A program made the translations under genes and the position numbers. 64,000 nucleotides of DNA from an uncultured bacterium (GTDB taxonomy: Bacteria; Patescibacteriota; Saccharimonadia; UBA4664), in NCBI GenBank assembly GCA_963720265.1, contig CAVRET010000002.1, forward strand, positions 878,069 to 942,068, in the 5' to 3' direction. Numbering within the stretch: position 1 is the stretch's first letter; the number at the start of each line of letters is the position of its first letter. The notes beneath the pieces were generated by a model. The model had not been told where the DNA came from, did not search any database, and saw only the letters and a list, made by a program, of their open reading frames with translations. Below are positions 18,183-27,643 of this stretch, one piece after another.

Positions 18183-19187
18183 ATGACCCAACTACCACGA
18201 AACGAAATCTTACTTGGTGACGCCGCAATGCGTCTGAAAGAATTGCCCGACGCCTCGATTGACTGTGTAATCACCTCCCCGCCCTATTACCGCTTGCGCG
18301 ATTATGGCGTCAACCGCCAGATCGGGGCCGAACCCGGCGTCACGGGCTGGGTTGAGGCCTTACGCGCCGTATTCCGCGAACTTGTCCGCGTCCTGAAGCC
18401 AACCGGCTCGGTGTGGCTCAACTTAGGAGATACCTATTCGGGCAAAGTCGCCGAGGGCGCACCCGCCTATTCCCTACTGCTTGGACCTGAGCGATTGCTG
18501 TTTGCCCTGGCCCAAGACGGCTGGATTGTGCGTAATAAGGTGATTTGGGACAAGACAAGAACCACGCCGCACCCGACCAAAGACCGGCTCACGCCCGCCT
18601 ATGAGGTCATTTACTACCTGGTACGCTCCCGGCCGTATCACTTTGATCTGGACGCGATTCGGGACACTCACTTACCAAAGACACTAGAGCGAGCAATCGC
18701 GGCGTTCCCAGAGCTCCAAAACGTGCCAAAGACCCAACTGCTCGGTCGTAATCCTGGCGATGTGTGGCGGTTTGCACCCAGCGTCTATGCCGGGGCGCAT
18801 TTCGCGACCTTTCCGCCAGAACTGGTCAGGCGTCCGCTGCTGGCGACGTGCCCAGAGAAGATCTGTACCGCCTGTAAGCGGCCGTGGCGGCGCATGGTTA
18901 CACCACTGTATGTCCCAACCTCGCGCTCGATTGGCGCGATCCGGCGGGCGCAAATGAACTATCCGATGCAGGATGTGATCTACATCCCGGGCGAGCTGCT
19001 ACCAGATTGTTTGTGTAATGCCCCGACCGTGCCCGGTGTGGTATTGGATCCATTCTTCGGCAGTGGCACCGTCGGCGCGGTCGCCCGCAAATTAGGTCGG
19101 GACTACATCGGCATTGAGCTCAACCCGGAGTACATCCAGCTTGCTAAGGACCGAATCAAAGCCGCTGGGGATCACGCCAATGCTTGA
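18183..19187 (+). CDS. Orphan beta-class N4-C/N6-A DNA methyltransferase
   Basis: TSPPY motif IV N-terminal, HFATFP, VLDPFFGSGT motif I C-terminal; Cys-rich insert. Confidence 0.92.
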   Translation: MTQLPRNEILLGDAAMRLKELPDASIDCVITSPPYYRLRDYGVNRQIGAEPGVTGWVEALRAVFRELVRVLKPTGSVWLNLGDTYSGKVAEGAPAYSLLLGPERLLFALAQDGWIVRNKVIWDKTRTTPHPTKDRLTPAYEVIYYLVRSRPYHFDLDAIRDTHLPKTLERAIAAFPELQNVPKTQLLGRNPGDVWRFAPSVYAGAHFATFPPELVRRPLLATCPEKICTACKRPWRRMVTPLYVPTSRSIGAIRRAQMNYPMQDVIYIPGELLPDCLCNAPTVPGVVLDPFFGSGTVGAVARKLGRDYIGIELNPEYIQLAKDRIKAAGDHANA

Positions 19188-19265
19188 TGTTTTGAGCAAT
19201 ACCTGTTGTAAACTTACAGCGATAGGTATACAATGCAAATCCAGCAATGAACTCAGGGAGATTCA

Positions 19266-19631
19266 ATGGCACCAGTTAGTCGCACTGAACTGGGCAACTA
19301 CATTCGAGAAGCGCGCGAGCGTAAGGGTATTTCCGCACGCGAACTTGGTCGGCGAACCGATATTGATTCGGCCGCTATTTCGCGTATGGAGCGCGGTGAG
19401 ACGGTTCCACGGTATGCAGTTGACCGGCTTGCACGCATTGCGGACGAGCTGGGGCTTGATAGCTACAACTTGTATGAAATGGCTGGCTACCCGATGTCTA
19501 GCAACCTGCCAGATCTTCCAGCTTACCTTAAAGCGAAGTACAAGTTGCCGGAAGGTGCTGTCGACGACATGGCCGAATATCTTAAGATTTTGGAAGCAGA
19601 GTATAAGGTTAAGCCGGACACCGAAGACTAA
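19266..19631 (+). CDS. XRE-family HTH repressor
   Basis: LGNYIREARERKGISARELGRRTDIDSAAISRMERG; LPAYLKAKY tail; sits upstream of the recombinase. Confidence 0.88.
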   Translation: MAPVSRTELGNYIREARERKGISARELGRRTDIDSAAISRMERGETVPRYAVDRLARIADELGLDSYNLYEMAGYPMSSNLPDLPAYLKAKYKLPEGAVDDMAEYLKILEAEYKVKPDTED

Positions 19632-19754
19632 GCAGTTTGCACATTTGAGGATATTGAATCGGGCACGCATGCCCGATTTTTGCGTTAGAAAGGCCTCAGT
19701 GATCCGTCGGAAGCGTGGTATCCTCCCTCCTCAATTAAGTGAGGAGAAGTGCGT

Positions 19755-21419
19755 ATGAAGAAAGCCGTTATTTATTTGAGAGTATCGACCCCGAGCCAAG
19801 GCAATACGGATCGCGACCCCGAGGGCCTATCGATCCCAGCTCAGCGCGAAGCCTGTGTTCTGAAAGCCGAGAGCCTAGGCGCTGAGGTTGTCGAGGAGTT
19901 TAAAGATCAGGGCGAATCGGCCAAGTCGGCCGATCGCGAGGAATTGCAGCGCATGATGAAATTCCTGCGTGAGCATAACGACATTGACTATATGATCGTA
20001 CATAAGCTTGACCGCTTTATCCGCCACCGAGATGATGATGTATTTCTTGGAATTGAACTGCGCAAGCTCGGCGTAAAGTTCATATCTTGTAGTGAGAATA
20101 TCGATGAGACGCCCTCGGGCAAGCTCATGCACGGCATGCTCGCAAGCTTTGCCGAGTACTATTCAAACAATCTCGCCTTGGAGGTCAAAAAGGGCATGGA
20201 TCAGAAGGCTAAGGTCGGCGGGACGCCCACCCGCGCTCCATTGGGTTATCTGAACGTGCCTGAAGTTATCGGCCAGCGGGTAATCCACTCTGTTGCTATC
20301 GACAAGGAGCGGGCTCCACTGATCCGCGAGGCATTTGAGCTATACGCTACCGGCGAATATTCGATTATCGAGTTGTGCGACCTGTTGAGCATGAAAGGTC
20401 TGCGCTCGCGAGCCGGTAAAAAAGCCATCTCACGGCCGATTACCTGGAGTACCCTCGGCAAGATCTTAAATATGCCCTACTACACCGGCGACATTGTATA
20501 TAAAGGCGTGAGGTATGAAGGTCGGCATACGCCACTGATTTCCAAAGAGTTGTTTGAGCAAGTGCAACAAGTATTGAAATCACGCGTTAATGGCGAGAAA
20601 CAGCGTGTGCATACGCATTACCTCAAAAGCAGTGTGTATTGCATGCGGTGCGGTGCTCCATTGCGTATCACGGCCGCCAAGAGCGCATATTTGTATTACT
20701 TCTGCTCAGCACGACCAAAGCGCCATAAGTGCGATCTGCCCTACGTTGAAGCCGGGCGCATCGAGGAAAGCTTGCTCAATTGTTACCGCACAGTGCAGCT
20801 CACTGATAAGGAGGTGGATGAGATTCGTGCGCAAGTCGCAATTAATCTGCAGAAAGGTCGTCATTCGGCCGAAGTCGATGCAAAACGGCAGACTTCACGC
20901 CTCAACGAACTAAAAGCAGAGCGAGCGAAGCTCATGCAGGCCTACTACGCCAATGCGATCCCGCTCGATGTGCTCACTACCGAGCAAACACGTATCAATC
21001 GGGATATTCAGGAGGCCGAATCAATCCTTGCAAAGGGCACGACGAAATTTGAGGAGTTGAGTGAGATTTTTGAAAAGGCAATCTGGCTATTACAAGACTG
21101 CTACACGACCTATGAGCAAGTGCCAGATAAGATCCGCCGCATGATGAATCAGGCGTTGTTCTCGCACGTGTACGTCGATCAAGAATCTGATACCGGGATA
21201 ACGAAAACACGGGCTGTGGACCTCTCAGAGCCGTTTGGAGTCATCATGGCGCTCACGAACCGTCCTGTGCAGCCACTAAGTAAATTAGCCTTGCCTGAAC
21301 CAAAAACAAGGCCTCGTGGCCTTGTTTTAAGCAATTCGGCTCTTTATAAAGCCGAAGGTTCTGAACATAAACTTTTGGTGGGCAATGAGGGGCTCGAACC
21401 CCCGACCTCCTCGGTGTAA
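19755..21419 (+). CDS. Large serine recombinase (integrase); C-terminus encoded antisense to tRNA-Val
   Basis: YLRVST catalytic Ser, HKLDRF, recombinase domain PLGY, zinc ribbon CMRCG...CDLP, coiled coil; ends LLVGNEGLEPPTSSV. Confidence 0.95.
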   Translation: MKKAVIYLRVSTPSQGNTDRDPEGLSIPAQREACVLKAESLGAEVVEEFKDQGESAKSADREELQRMMKFLREHNDIDYMIVHKLDRFIRHRDDDVFLGIELRKLGVKFISCSENIDETPSGKLMHGMLASFAEYYSNNLALEVKKGMDQKAKVGGTPTRAPLGYLNVPEVIGQRVIHSVAIDKERAPLIREAFELYATGEYSIIELCDLLSMKGLRSRAGKKAISRPITWSTLGKILNMPYYTGDIVYKGVRYEGRHTPLISKELFEQVQQVLKSRVNGEKQRVHTHYLKSSVYCMRCGAPLRITAAKSAYLYYFCSARPKRHKCDLPYVEAGRIEESLLNCYRTVQLTDKEVDEIRAQVAINLQKGRHSAEVDAKRQTSRLNELKAERAKLMQAYYANAIPLDVLTTEQTRINRDIQEAESILAKGTTKFEELSEIFEKAIWLLQDCYTTYEQVPDKIRRMMNQALFSHVYVDQESDTGITKTRAVDLSEPFGVIMALTNRPVQPLSKLALPEPKTRPRGLVLSNSALYKAEGSEHKLLVGNEGLEPPTSSV

Positions 21420-21452
21420 ACGAGGCGCTCTAGCCAGCTGAGCTAATTGCCC
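21376..21452 (-). tRNA. tRNA-Val(TAC)
   Basis: Reverse complement GGGCAATTAGCTCAGCTGGCTAGAGCGCCTCGTTTACACCGAGGAGGTCGGGGGTTCGAGCCCCTCATTGCCCACCA; full cloverleaf, anticodon TAC, CCA encoded. Confidence 0.97.
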
Positions 21453-21514
21453 GGGTGGGACTGGAGGACATTATACGGTATTGTCCGCAGAGTGTGGAAA
21501 TCAGTATTTGCATT

Positions 21515-22801
21515 TTACGATCTTTGGACGGCTGTGCGGTTTTCCGGCGGAGTTTGGAGCATAATTCGGAACCGATCCGGCCGCGGCTGACCGTGTTCGT
21601 CAAAGCCTTGCATGTGAGTCGCGACAAATTGTATTCGTGGGTCGATGTCAGTACCCGAAATGCGCGAACTCACTCGATTGCGCTCTGAACGAAATTCATG
21701 TGGTTCAGCCTCGGACACATTGGCCCCCAGGAGCCACTGCAGTTCGCTCATGAGCAGTGCGATCCTAGGATCCTCGGTGGGTAAATGGGGCTCGGCACTT
21801 CCTCCAGGCCTCTTTTGATAATGAATCGGGCCCTCGTACAGAACAACCTGGCTGAGCGACTGCTCGCCGCGGCGCGGTGCAGCAAATCTAACCGCCCTTC
21901 CAATAGCAAGTGTCAGACTCTCTTCTATCCCCGCATTTGACTGGTCTTCTAATGTCGGTACCGGATGCCGCATCGCGTGGTCGGCCCTGATGTCGAGGCG
22001 CTCGCGCAGGACCGCTGCATTTTGGACGGCGTTTCTTATGCCGTCGCTATAGGTTTCTTGAGGTGATGGGACTGCGACCGCCATATCAGCGAAGAGTTGG
22101 GTTGTGGCATTGGCGGCGGGGGCTTCAGGCCACTCAGGGGTGCGTCTTGAATTCTCTGATCCGACCATAACCGTTCCTTGGTCACGAGCCGCTTCAAAGT
22201 CACGTGTCTCCGCACGTGTCTGGTCAAACGTCATTTCGATTTTTCGGCGTTGTGGGTCATTTGAATTGAGCTGCTGGTATATGATGCCCACCCCATCAAT
22301 ATCGGTTGCATATTCTTGCGGATTTTCCGTTGGGGCGGTACCAAGCAGGCGTTCCAATTCCGTATTGATGACAAGTGCCTGTTCCGGTGTGCAGTCCTCG
22401 CCGTTGAAGAGTAAGACCCTTTGCCCGGCGAATTTAGGGGCGTCGAGGAGCACTTCCACTGCCCTGCCGAGCGCTGCGCTAATTTCGTACCGGACTTTAT
22501 CATCTGCCGCGAGCCCTTGGCTCAGCTCGTTGCCACCCTGAAGGAATGATGGTTCGGAAGCACGATCCATGAGATGCGCTGCTAGGGTCATTGCCTCAAT
22601 GCCGACGTTCTCAGACTGTGCCTGCTTCCTCAGTGCTTGGACACGTGCCGCAATAGTATGCGCGACGCCTTCGTAAAACTCGCTTACCAGGACAGGCCGA
22701 CGCTCTGAGAGGTCACGTAGCTCGTGACGATTGAATGTATCGCCTGGTCTTGGGTTCGCCGGATCTCTATATCCCGGCGCTTCGGCGCTGTGGGTGCTCA
22801 T
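21515..22801 (-). CDS. Hypothetical protein with an internal two-domain duplication
   Basis: 428-aa ORF; ALGRAV...LLFNG...ELERLLG..P.E recurs as AIGRAV...VLYEG...ELQWLLG..PHE. Confidence 0.7.
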   Translation of the reverse strand: MSTHSAEAPGYRDPANPRPGDTFNRHELRDLSERRPVLVSEFYEGVAHTIAARVQALRKQAQSENVGIEAMTLAAHLMDRASEPSFLQGGNELSQGLAADDKVRYEISAALGRAVEVLLDAPKFAGQRVLLFNGEDCTPEQALVINTELERLLGTAPTENPQEYATDIDGVGIIYQQLNSNDPQRRKIEMTFDQTRAETRDFEAARDQGTVMVGSENSRRTPEWPEAPAANATTQLFADMAVAVPSPQETYSDGIRNAVQNAAVLRERLDIRADHAMRHPVPTLEDQSNAGIEESLTLAIGRAVRFAAPRRGEQSLSQVVLYEGPIHYQKRPGGSAEPHLPTEDPRIALLMSELQWLLGANVSEAEPHEFRSERNRVSSRISGTDIDPRIQFVATHMQGFDEHGQPRPDRFRIMLQTPPENRTAVQRS

Positions 22802-23015
22802 AGTAAGTTCCTTGCTGTGATCATCCTTAGCATAAACGATTACCCTTTACGTAGCTACAACCCGGTCGCAGATAGCATGGGCGGAATTGTGTGCATTATG
22901 CTAGCCTCAACAACTCCCGGGCCGGTACCCACGGTCGGGGGTAGGTTGTCCCATAAAAAGGGCCGCCATTGAGCCGTTGGTTATGGTAGTCTAGAAGCAT
23001 AATTAAGGTTGCCCC

Positions 23016-23411
23016 ATGTCAAAAATTCTGATCGTGGATGATGATCCGCAAATGTACAGACTTTACCAAAGGACCTTTGACATGGAAGGGTTCACGACTG
23101 AGGTGGCCGATGACGGCCGGACTGGGGTTGAACGGGTGAGAGATTTCCGTCCGGACGTGATTTTGCTCGACATTATGATGAAGAACATGAACGGCCTGGA
23201 AGTGCTTCAGACCCTGAAAGCCAGCCCTACCGCGCGGGACATTCCAGTGATTGTGCTGAGCAATATTTCAGATATGAGAATTGTGAACGAAGCCAAGGCC
23301 AAGGGTGCTATACAATTCGTGGTTAAAAGCGAGACCGAGCCGGCTACCATGGTGGCGGTTGTGAAAGACGTACTATCGAATACCGGCTCCGCTGGGGCGA
23401 GCTACATTTAA
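23016..23411 (+). CDS. Single-domain response regulator (receiver)
   Basis: ILIVDDD, LLDIMM phospho-Asp, VLSN, VVKS. Confidence 0.93.
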   Translation: MSKILIVDDDPQMYRLYQRTFDMEGFTTEVADDGRTGVERVRDFRPDVILLDIMMKNMNGLEVLQTLKASPTARDIPVIVLSNISDMRIVNEAKAKGAIQFVVKSETEPATMVAVVKDVLSNTGSAGASYI

Positions 23412-23425
23412 GACCACCGGCGGCA

Positions 23426-24688
23426 ATGACTGACACCAATTACAATGAGCTTCTGCGGCACCAGCTGGATGAAGCCGGGGTGGAGATCTCAGACCTGCCG
23501 GCGCCGGTCGCGATGTTACTTAGCTCGGTTGCCAAATCCTATGCTCGCATGCAAACCGAGCAGGCTGAAAACCAGAAAACGATTAAGCTGCGGACCGACC
23601 AGTTAATCGCGTCGGTGTCCCAGGCTTATTCATTCTTGGACAGCCTGCATATGGGCCTCGTCATGTGCGACATCAACCCCGAGGTAGTGCTCACCAACTC
23701 CGCTATGCGGGGCATGCTGAACGGCCAATCAGGCAAGAAGTCGGCCTGGACGCTGGCGGAGATGGAGCTGGCGTTAGGACCAAAGCAGCCGTTGCGGGAA
23801 CAGGTCCAAAAGTGCCTCGAGCAAGGCACAACCATGGAGCTTAGGGAAGTGCCGTGCGGGGAGCTGGTTTTGAGGATGCTGATCGCGCCGATGGCAAACC
23901 AGGTTAACGGCGCGCAACAACAATTTGGAGCAATTATTCTGGCGGAAGATATCACGGAGCAGGTTGTAATGATGCGCTCGAAGGATGAGTTTTTCTTTAT
24001 TGCCTCGCACGAGCTGCGTACGCCGCTGACGGCTATTCGCGGCAATTCGTCGTTGATCATTACCAAAAGGGATAAGCTCAAAGCCACCGAAGTGGCGGAG
24101 ATGATGCAGGATATTCACGATTCGTCGGTGCGGCTGATTGAAATTGTGAACGACTTTTTGGACGTTTCGGCGCTTGAACAAGGCAAGATTGAGATGCGGC
24201 CGGCTAATTTTAAACTTGGCCAAGTGGTGGACGAGGTGTTGCGAGACCTCGGCAGTGTGGCCGGCGCTAAGGGCGACCGGCTGGTAGCTGATCCGAGTTT
24301 GGCATCACTGCCGGCCGTGACGGCTGACGAGCAGCGCATCAAGCAAGTCATCTACAATCTGGTCGGCAATGCCATCAAGTTTACCGATCGGGGGCAGGTG
24401 ATAGTAAGCGGCAAGGCTGAAGGCCAGATGGTGCGCTGCTTTGTCAAAGACACGGGGCTGGGCATGTCTGACGATAGCCACCGCCTGCTGTTTCGCAAAT
24501 TTCAGCAAGCAGGCACGAGTCTCCTCACTCGGGATGCCACGAAGGGCACGGGGTTGGGCCTATATATTTCCAAACTGATTGTCGAATTATCGGGCGGGTC
24601 GATTAAGCTGGAAGAGTCGAAGCCGGGTGAAGGCAGCACGTTTTCGTTTTTGCTGCCGGCGACTGTGCTAGGCTTAAACAATAATTAG
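23426..24688 (+). CDS. Cytoplasmic PAS-domain sensor histidine kinase
   Basis: H-box ASHELRTPL, N-box NLVGNAIKF, G1 DTGLG, G2 GTGLGL; no TM segment. Confidence 0.94.
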   Translation: MTDTNYNELLRHQLDEAGVEISDLPAPVAMLLSSVAKSYARMQTEQAENQKTIKLRTDQLIASVSQAYSFLDSLHMGLVMCDINPEVVLTNSAMRGMLNGQSGKKSAWTLAEMELALGPKQPLREQVQKCLEQGTTMELREVPCGELVLRMLIAPMANQVNGAQQQFGAIILAEDITEQVVMMRSKDEFFFIASHELRTPLTAIRGNSSLIITKRDKLKATEVAEMMQDIHDSSVRLIEIVNDFLDVSALEQGKIEMRPANFKLGQVVDEVLRDLGSVAGAKGDRLVADPSLASLPAVTADEQRIKQVIYNLVGNAIKFTDRGQVIVSGKAEGQMVRCFVKDTGLGMSDDSHRLLFRKFQQAGTSLLTRDATKGTGLGLYISKLIVELSGGSIKLEESKPGEGSTFSFLLPATVLGLNNN

Positions 24689-24698
24689 GGGCTTGGGC

Positions 24699-25103
24699 AT
24701 GCAAAAAATTCTCATTATTGATGACGATCCGCAGATGTACCGGCTATACAAAACGATTTTCGCAATGGAGAACTTCGAGGTTGAGGTGGCAGAAGACGGA
24801 CAGGCCGGTCTGGACAAGGTGAAGACGTTTCAGCCTAATGTGATTTTGCTCGATATTATGATGAAAACGATGAACGGTCTCGATGTGCTGACGGCCCTGA
24901 AGGCCGACACTGCCGTGAGCCATATTCCGGTCGTGGTACTTAGTAATGTTTCGGATACGGTGGTGATTAACCAGGCCAAGGCCAAGGGTGCTGTGCAGTT
25001 TGTAGTCAAAAGCAACACCGAGCCCGGCGATATGGTGGCCTTGGTGCGGTCGGTGCTGGCGAAAGCGCACGCGGCTGATGCTGGGCCGGCCCCGAGCGCT
25101 TAG
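24699..25103 (+). CDS. Single-domain response regulator, paralog of 23016-23411
   Basis: ILIIDDDPQMYRLY, LLDIMM, AKAKGAVQFVVKS. Confidence 0.93.
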   Translation: MQKILIIDDDPQMYRLYKTIFAMENFEVEVAEDGQAGLDKVKTFQPNVILLDIMMKTMNGLDVLTALKADTAVSHIPVVVLSNVSDTVVINQAKAKGAVQFVVKSNTEPGDMVALVRSVLAKAHAADAGPAPSA

Positions 25104-25187
25104 GCCAAGAAATAATTATTGCAAAGAAACGCGTCCAAAATAGACAACTATTTGTTGGCGATAATGGAACTGGTTTTTGGAAGCTCC

Positions 25188-25225
25188 GGCCGGCCCCAGG
25201 TTTTCGTGTGAACCTGGGGCCGGCC
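25188..25225. terminator. Strong hairpin between convergent operons
   Basis: GGCCGGCCCCAGGTT-N8-AACCTGGGGCCGGCC. Confidence 0.7.
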
Positions 25226-25275
25226 AAACGGGCTGTACACGACATGGCGGCCGTATACTCTGATGCCTCCGGTCG

Positions 25276-25536
25276 TTAGTCGTCGGTGAGCGCGCGCCTG
25301 CGACGGGCGGGGCCCGGGTACAGTGGCCCATCGGACGCGCCCGCTGGTCCAGATCCGGCGCCCTGCGCTGCACCGGATGTCGCTCCGGCCGGCGCGCTGG
25401 CAGCTGTGCCCTTAGCCGGTGTCCCTGCAGCCGGGGCACCAGTCCCGGGTAGGGGGCGGCCGAGCATCTCCTCGGCAGGCTGGGGCCGGGCACTCGGGTC
25501 CTGACCGGCCGGAGGCTGGTCTTTGTCGTCAGGCAT
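25276..25536 (-). CDS. Small Ala/Gly/Pro-rich low-complexity peptide (86 aa)
   Basis: AAGGAGGG RBS; start overlaps the stop of the upstream gene; MPDDKDQPPAGQDP...RRRRALTDD. Confidence 0.55.
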   Translation of the reverse strand: MPDDKDQPPAGQDPSARPQPAEEMLGRPLPGTGAPAAGTPAKGTAASAPAGATSGAAQGAGSGPAGASDGPLYPGPARRRRALTDD

Positions 25537-27031
25537 GAAGCCCTCCTTGTTGGTCGCATGCAGCCAGCAGCTGCATGACACGGGGATGGAGGAGATTTGG
25601 CGATGTGGCTCGCAAGGCTTCCTCCCGTTGCCTAAGCCTATCTTCGACGTCCGGGGCCTGCATTCCCACGTGCGCGTACAAGTGTGAGTTATACCACATG
25701 GCTTGACTGTCACTGTAACGCACAAGCTCGGCACCGATGTCCACCGGCTCGTCGTAGAAGCATCTTACGTTATTCAAGACACCTACGGCGATACGAGTGG
25801 CAGCGCTCTGGATTTCCAGGGCGGGATGCGGCATCTGAAGCGCAAGATTGTCTTGTTCGTCTGAGACGCGTTGGTACCACTGCCGAAACACAAAGTGCAC
25901 CAGCCGCCCAACGATAAACTCGGCAAACTCCGGCTCCTGATCGAGTCGAGCCCAGAGATCGTCTGCGGACTCGGATGAAGGTTCGACGCGTAGGCCCTTC
26001 TCCACCAGCTCCGCAGTCGTCAGCTTGCCGACGTCTGTGCTCAGAAACTCAAGCGCTCCTCCTGCTCGGCAATTGCGTTTGAACGTCGTAGCGGCACTGC
26101 ACAGACTAGAGCCCGAAAACGCCTGCTCTCCCAGACGTGCGAGCAGGCGGTCGGTGACGCGGGTGAGGGCGTCCCACTCGCGGTTCCAGCGAGCAATAGG
26201 TTCCGCCAGCACTGAAATTTGGAGATTTGCAACCGCATGGGGCGGCGCGGTGCTGAGTTTTTCAACCACCGCCTCTACAGCCTGCTGGTCGCGCTCCAGG
26301 GCCATGATGGCCTCGAAATAGACGTCCAGCAGCACCCACTGCCCATCTGAGAGCTGTACAATGAGAGCCGGATGGAAACTATAATCGGCGATCTCAGCCA
26401 AGGCTTCTTTGATTTCTCTCAGCTCAGACCGCATGCCTCCGAGCCGGGTTTGCTTAGCAAAGACCGGGATTTTTTGTTCTAGATACTTTATTGTCTGCGA
26501 TCTGAACTGGGTGTCCAGCGCGTAGATTTCGTAGTATCTAGGGCGCAGGACCAGCGCAACCCAGTGCGGCGCACCCGCTGTGGCCGCAAAGCCCGCGAGC
26601 ATTGTAGCCATGCCCAAACAACTTGGTATGACTGGACCAGTCCGCCAGCGCCCGAACTGCTTGGGCAATGCGTCTTGGTAGACCTGCTCGTGGCCGTAGT
26701 TAACTTTGCGGTCCCGGACCTTGTACCATTGATAGGAGCGGAGCGTACGCCCGACTTCCCGGAGTACTTCGAGCTGCCGGTAGGGGTCATAGCGCCGCCA
26801 GTGCTTAGCGTGCGTCTTAAGGCTCCGAGGCAGTGAATCCGCGGCTGCTGTGATGAGGGATTCACCGAGCAGCTGGACGTGGGCGGCCGTGTTGGGCTGG
26901 GCGTGGTTCGCGAAGCTTGCTAGAAGCTCGTTAAAGCGCTCGGTTGCTTCGACGTCGGTGACGTCGATGTCGCAGCCCAATTTGTACGTCAAAGCCATGA
27001 GCTCGGCCATGCCAAGACCCACAATTCCCAC
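25529..27031 (-). CDS. Hypothetical protein with a transglutaminase-like Cys-His-Asp signature
   Basis: PSCLGMATML...FHPALIVQLSDGQWVLLD. Confidence 0.65.
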   Translation of the reverse strand: MGIVGLGMAELMALTYKLGCDIDVTDVEATERFNELLASFANHAQPNTAAHVQLLGESLITAAADSLPRSLKTHAKHWRRYDPYRQLEVLREVGRTLRSYQWYKVRDRKVNYGHEQVYQDALPKQFGRWRTGPVIPSCLGMATMLAGFAATAGAPHWVALVLRPRYYEIYALDTQFRSQTIKYLEQKIPVFAKQTRLGGMRSELREIKEALAEIADYSFHPALIVQLSDGQWVLLDVYFEAIMALERDQQAVEAVVEKLSTAPPHAVANLQISVLAEPIARWNREWDALTRVTDRLLARLGEQAFSGSSLCSAATTFKRNCRAGGALEFLSTDVGKLTTAELVEKGLRVEPSSESADDLWARLDQEPEFAEFIVGRLVHFVFRQWYQRVSDEQDNLALQMPHPALEIQSAATRIAVGVLNNVRCFYDEPVDIGAELVRYSDSQAMWYNSHLYAHVGMQAPDVEDRLRQREEALRATSPNLLHPRVMQLLAACDQQGGLHA

Positions 27032-27163
27032 CTCGATCCTGTTCTGTTAAGGGGCTTGCCATATTTTGCAATATATCTGTGCTATTTTCAAGTATTAACA
27101 TCCTTTTGAGCCCGAAAGAGCAATGCACTTCACAGGCCTTCTGTGGCACTTGTTTTTGTTAGG

Positions 27164-27263
27164 ACGCTATTGGTTTGTTGAATAATTCCATGGTGCCCCT
27201 GAGTGGTCTCCAGTCGAACACCTTTTAGGATGGTTTGATAGGATTATGTCAGCTTTTGCGTAA
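27164..27263 (+). repeat. att-like direct repeat, copy 1
   Basis: 37-bp core 27191-27227 TGGTGCCCCTGAGTGGTCTCCAGTCGAACACCTTTTA identical to 28095-28131, with similar flanks on both sides. Confidence 0.9.
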
Positions 27264-27636
27264 ATTCGTTTGGCGACATTATCTGAGTATTTTTGTGAGC
27301 CTTAAGAGTAAGGAGGTCGTTGTCTGCAGTTACGAGATAATCCACTCTGCCCTCTATTGCTGCGGCTAGTACATAATCGTCGAGTGGATCGCGAGAGATG
27401 TGCTCGACGATTTTGGGGACCACAACTTCAGACAGCTTTCCTAGGGCGTTACTGGTCACTTTGGCTTTTTGACTCGTGAAGCCAAATTTTGTCCGGAGAA
27501 CAGCCTCGAGTTCGGCCAGGATGTAATCTGACGTTACGTGAACGTTTGCCGGGGTCTCCAACAGATTTCTAAACCGAGCGAGCTCTTCTCTCCTTGTCAT
27601 AGTGGCCAGAACGTTTGTATCGTACAGAAACCGCAT
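27244..27636 (-). CDS. PIN-domain (VapC-like) toxin
   Basis: LYDTNVL, ILAELEAVL, RDPLDDYVLAAAIEGRVDYLVTADNDLL. Confidence 0.92.
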   Translation of the reverse strand: MRFLYDTNVLATMTRREELARFRNLLETPANVHVTSDYILAELEAVLRTKFGFTSQKAKVTSNALGKLSEVVVPKIVEHISRDPLDDYVLAAAIEGRVDYLVTADNDLLTLKAHKNTQIMSPNEFTQKLT

Positions 27637-27643
27637 TCGCTGC

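Larger units (their letters stand above)
11896..21380. mobile_element. Integrative mobilizable element at tRNA-Val (~9.5 kb): XRE, cargo, VirD4-like, Replic_Relax, MTase, XRE, large serine recombinase
   Basis: The recombinase runs into the tRNA 3' end. Candidate attL TTAGTGGACATGTCGGAACGCCTC (11893-11916) resembles the tRNA end TTGGTGGGCAATGAGGGGCTC and is followed by a convergent XRE gene, as in the second element. The left boundary is inferred. Confidence 0.7.
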
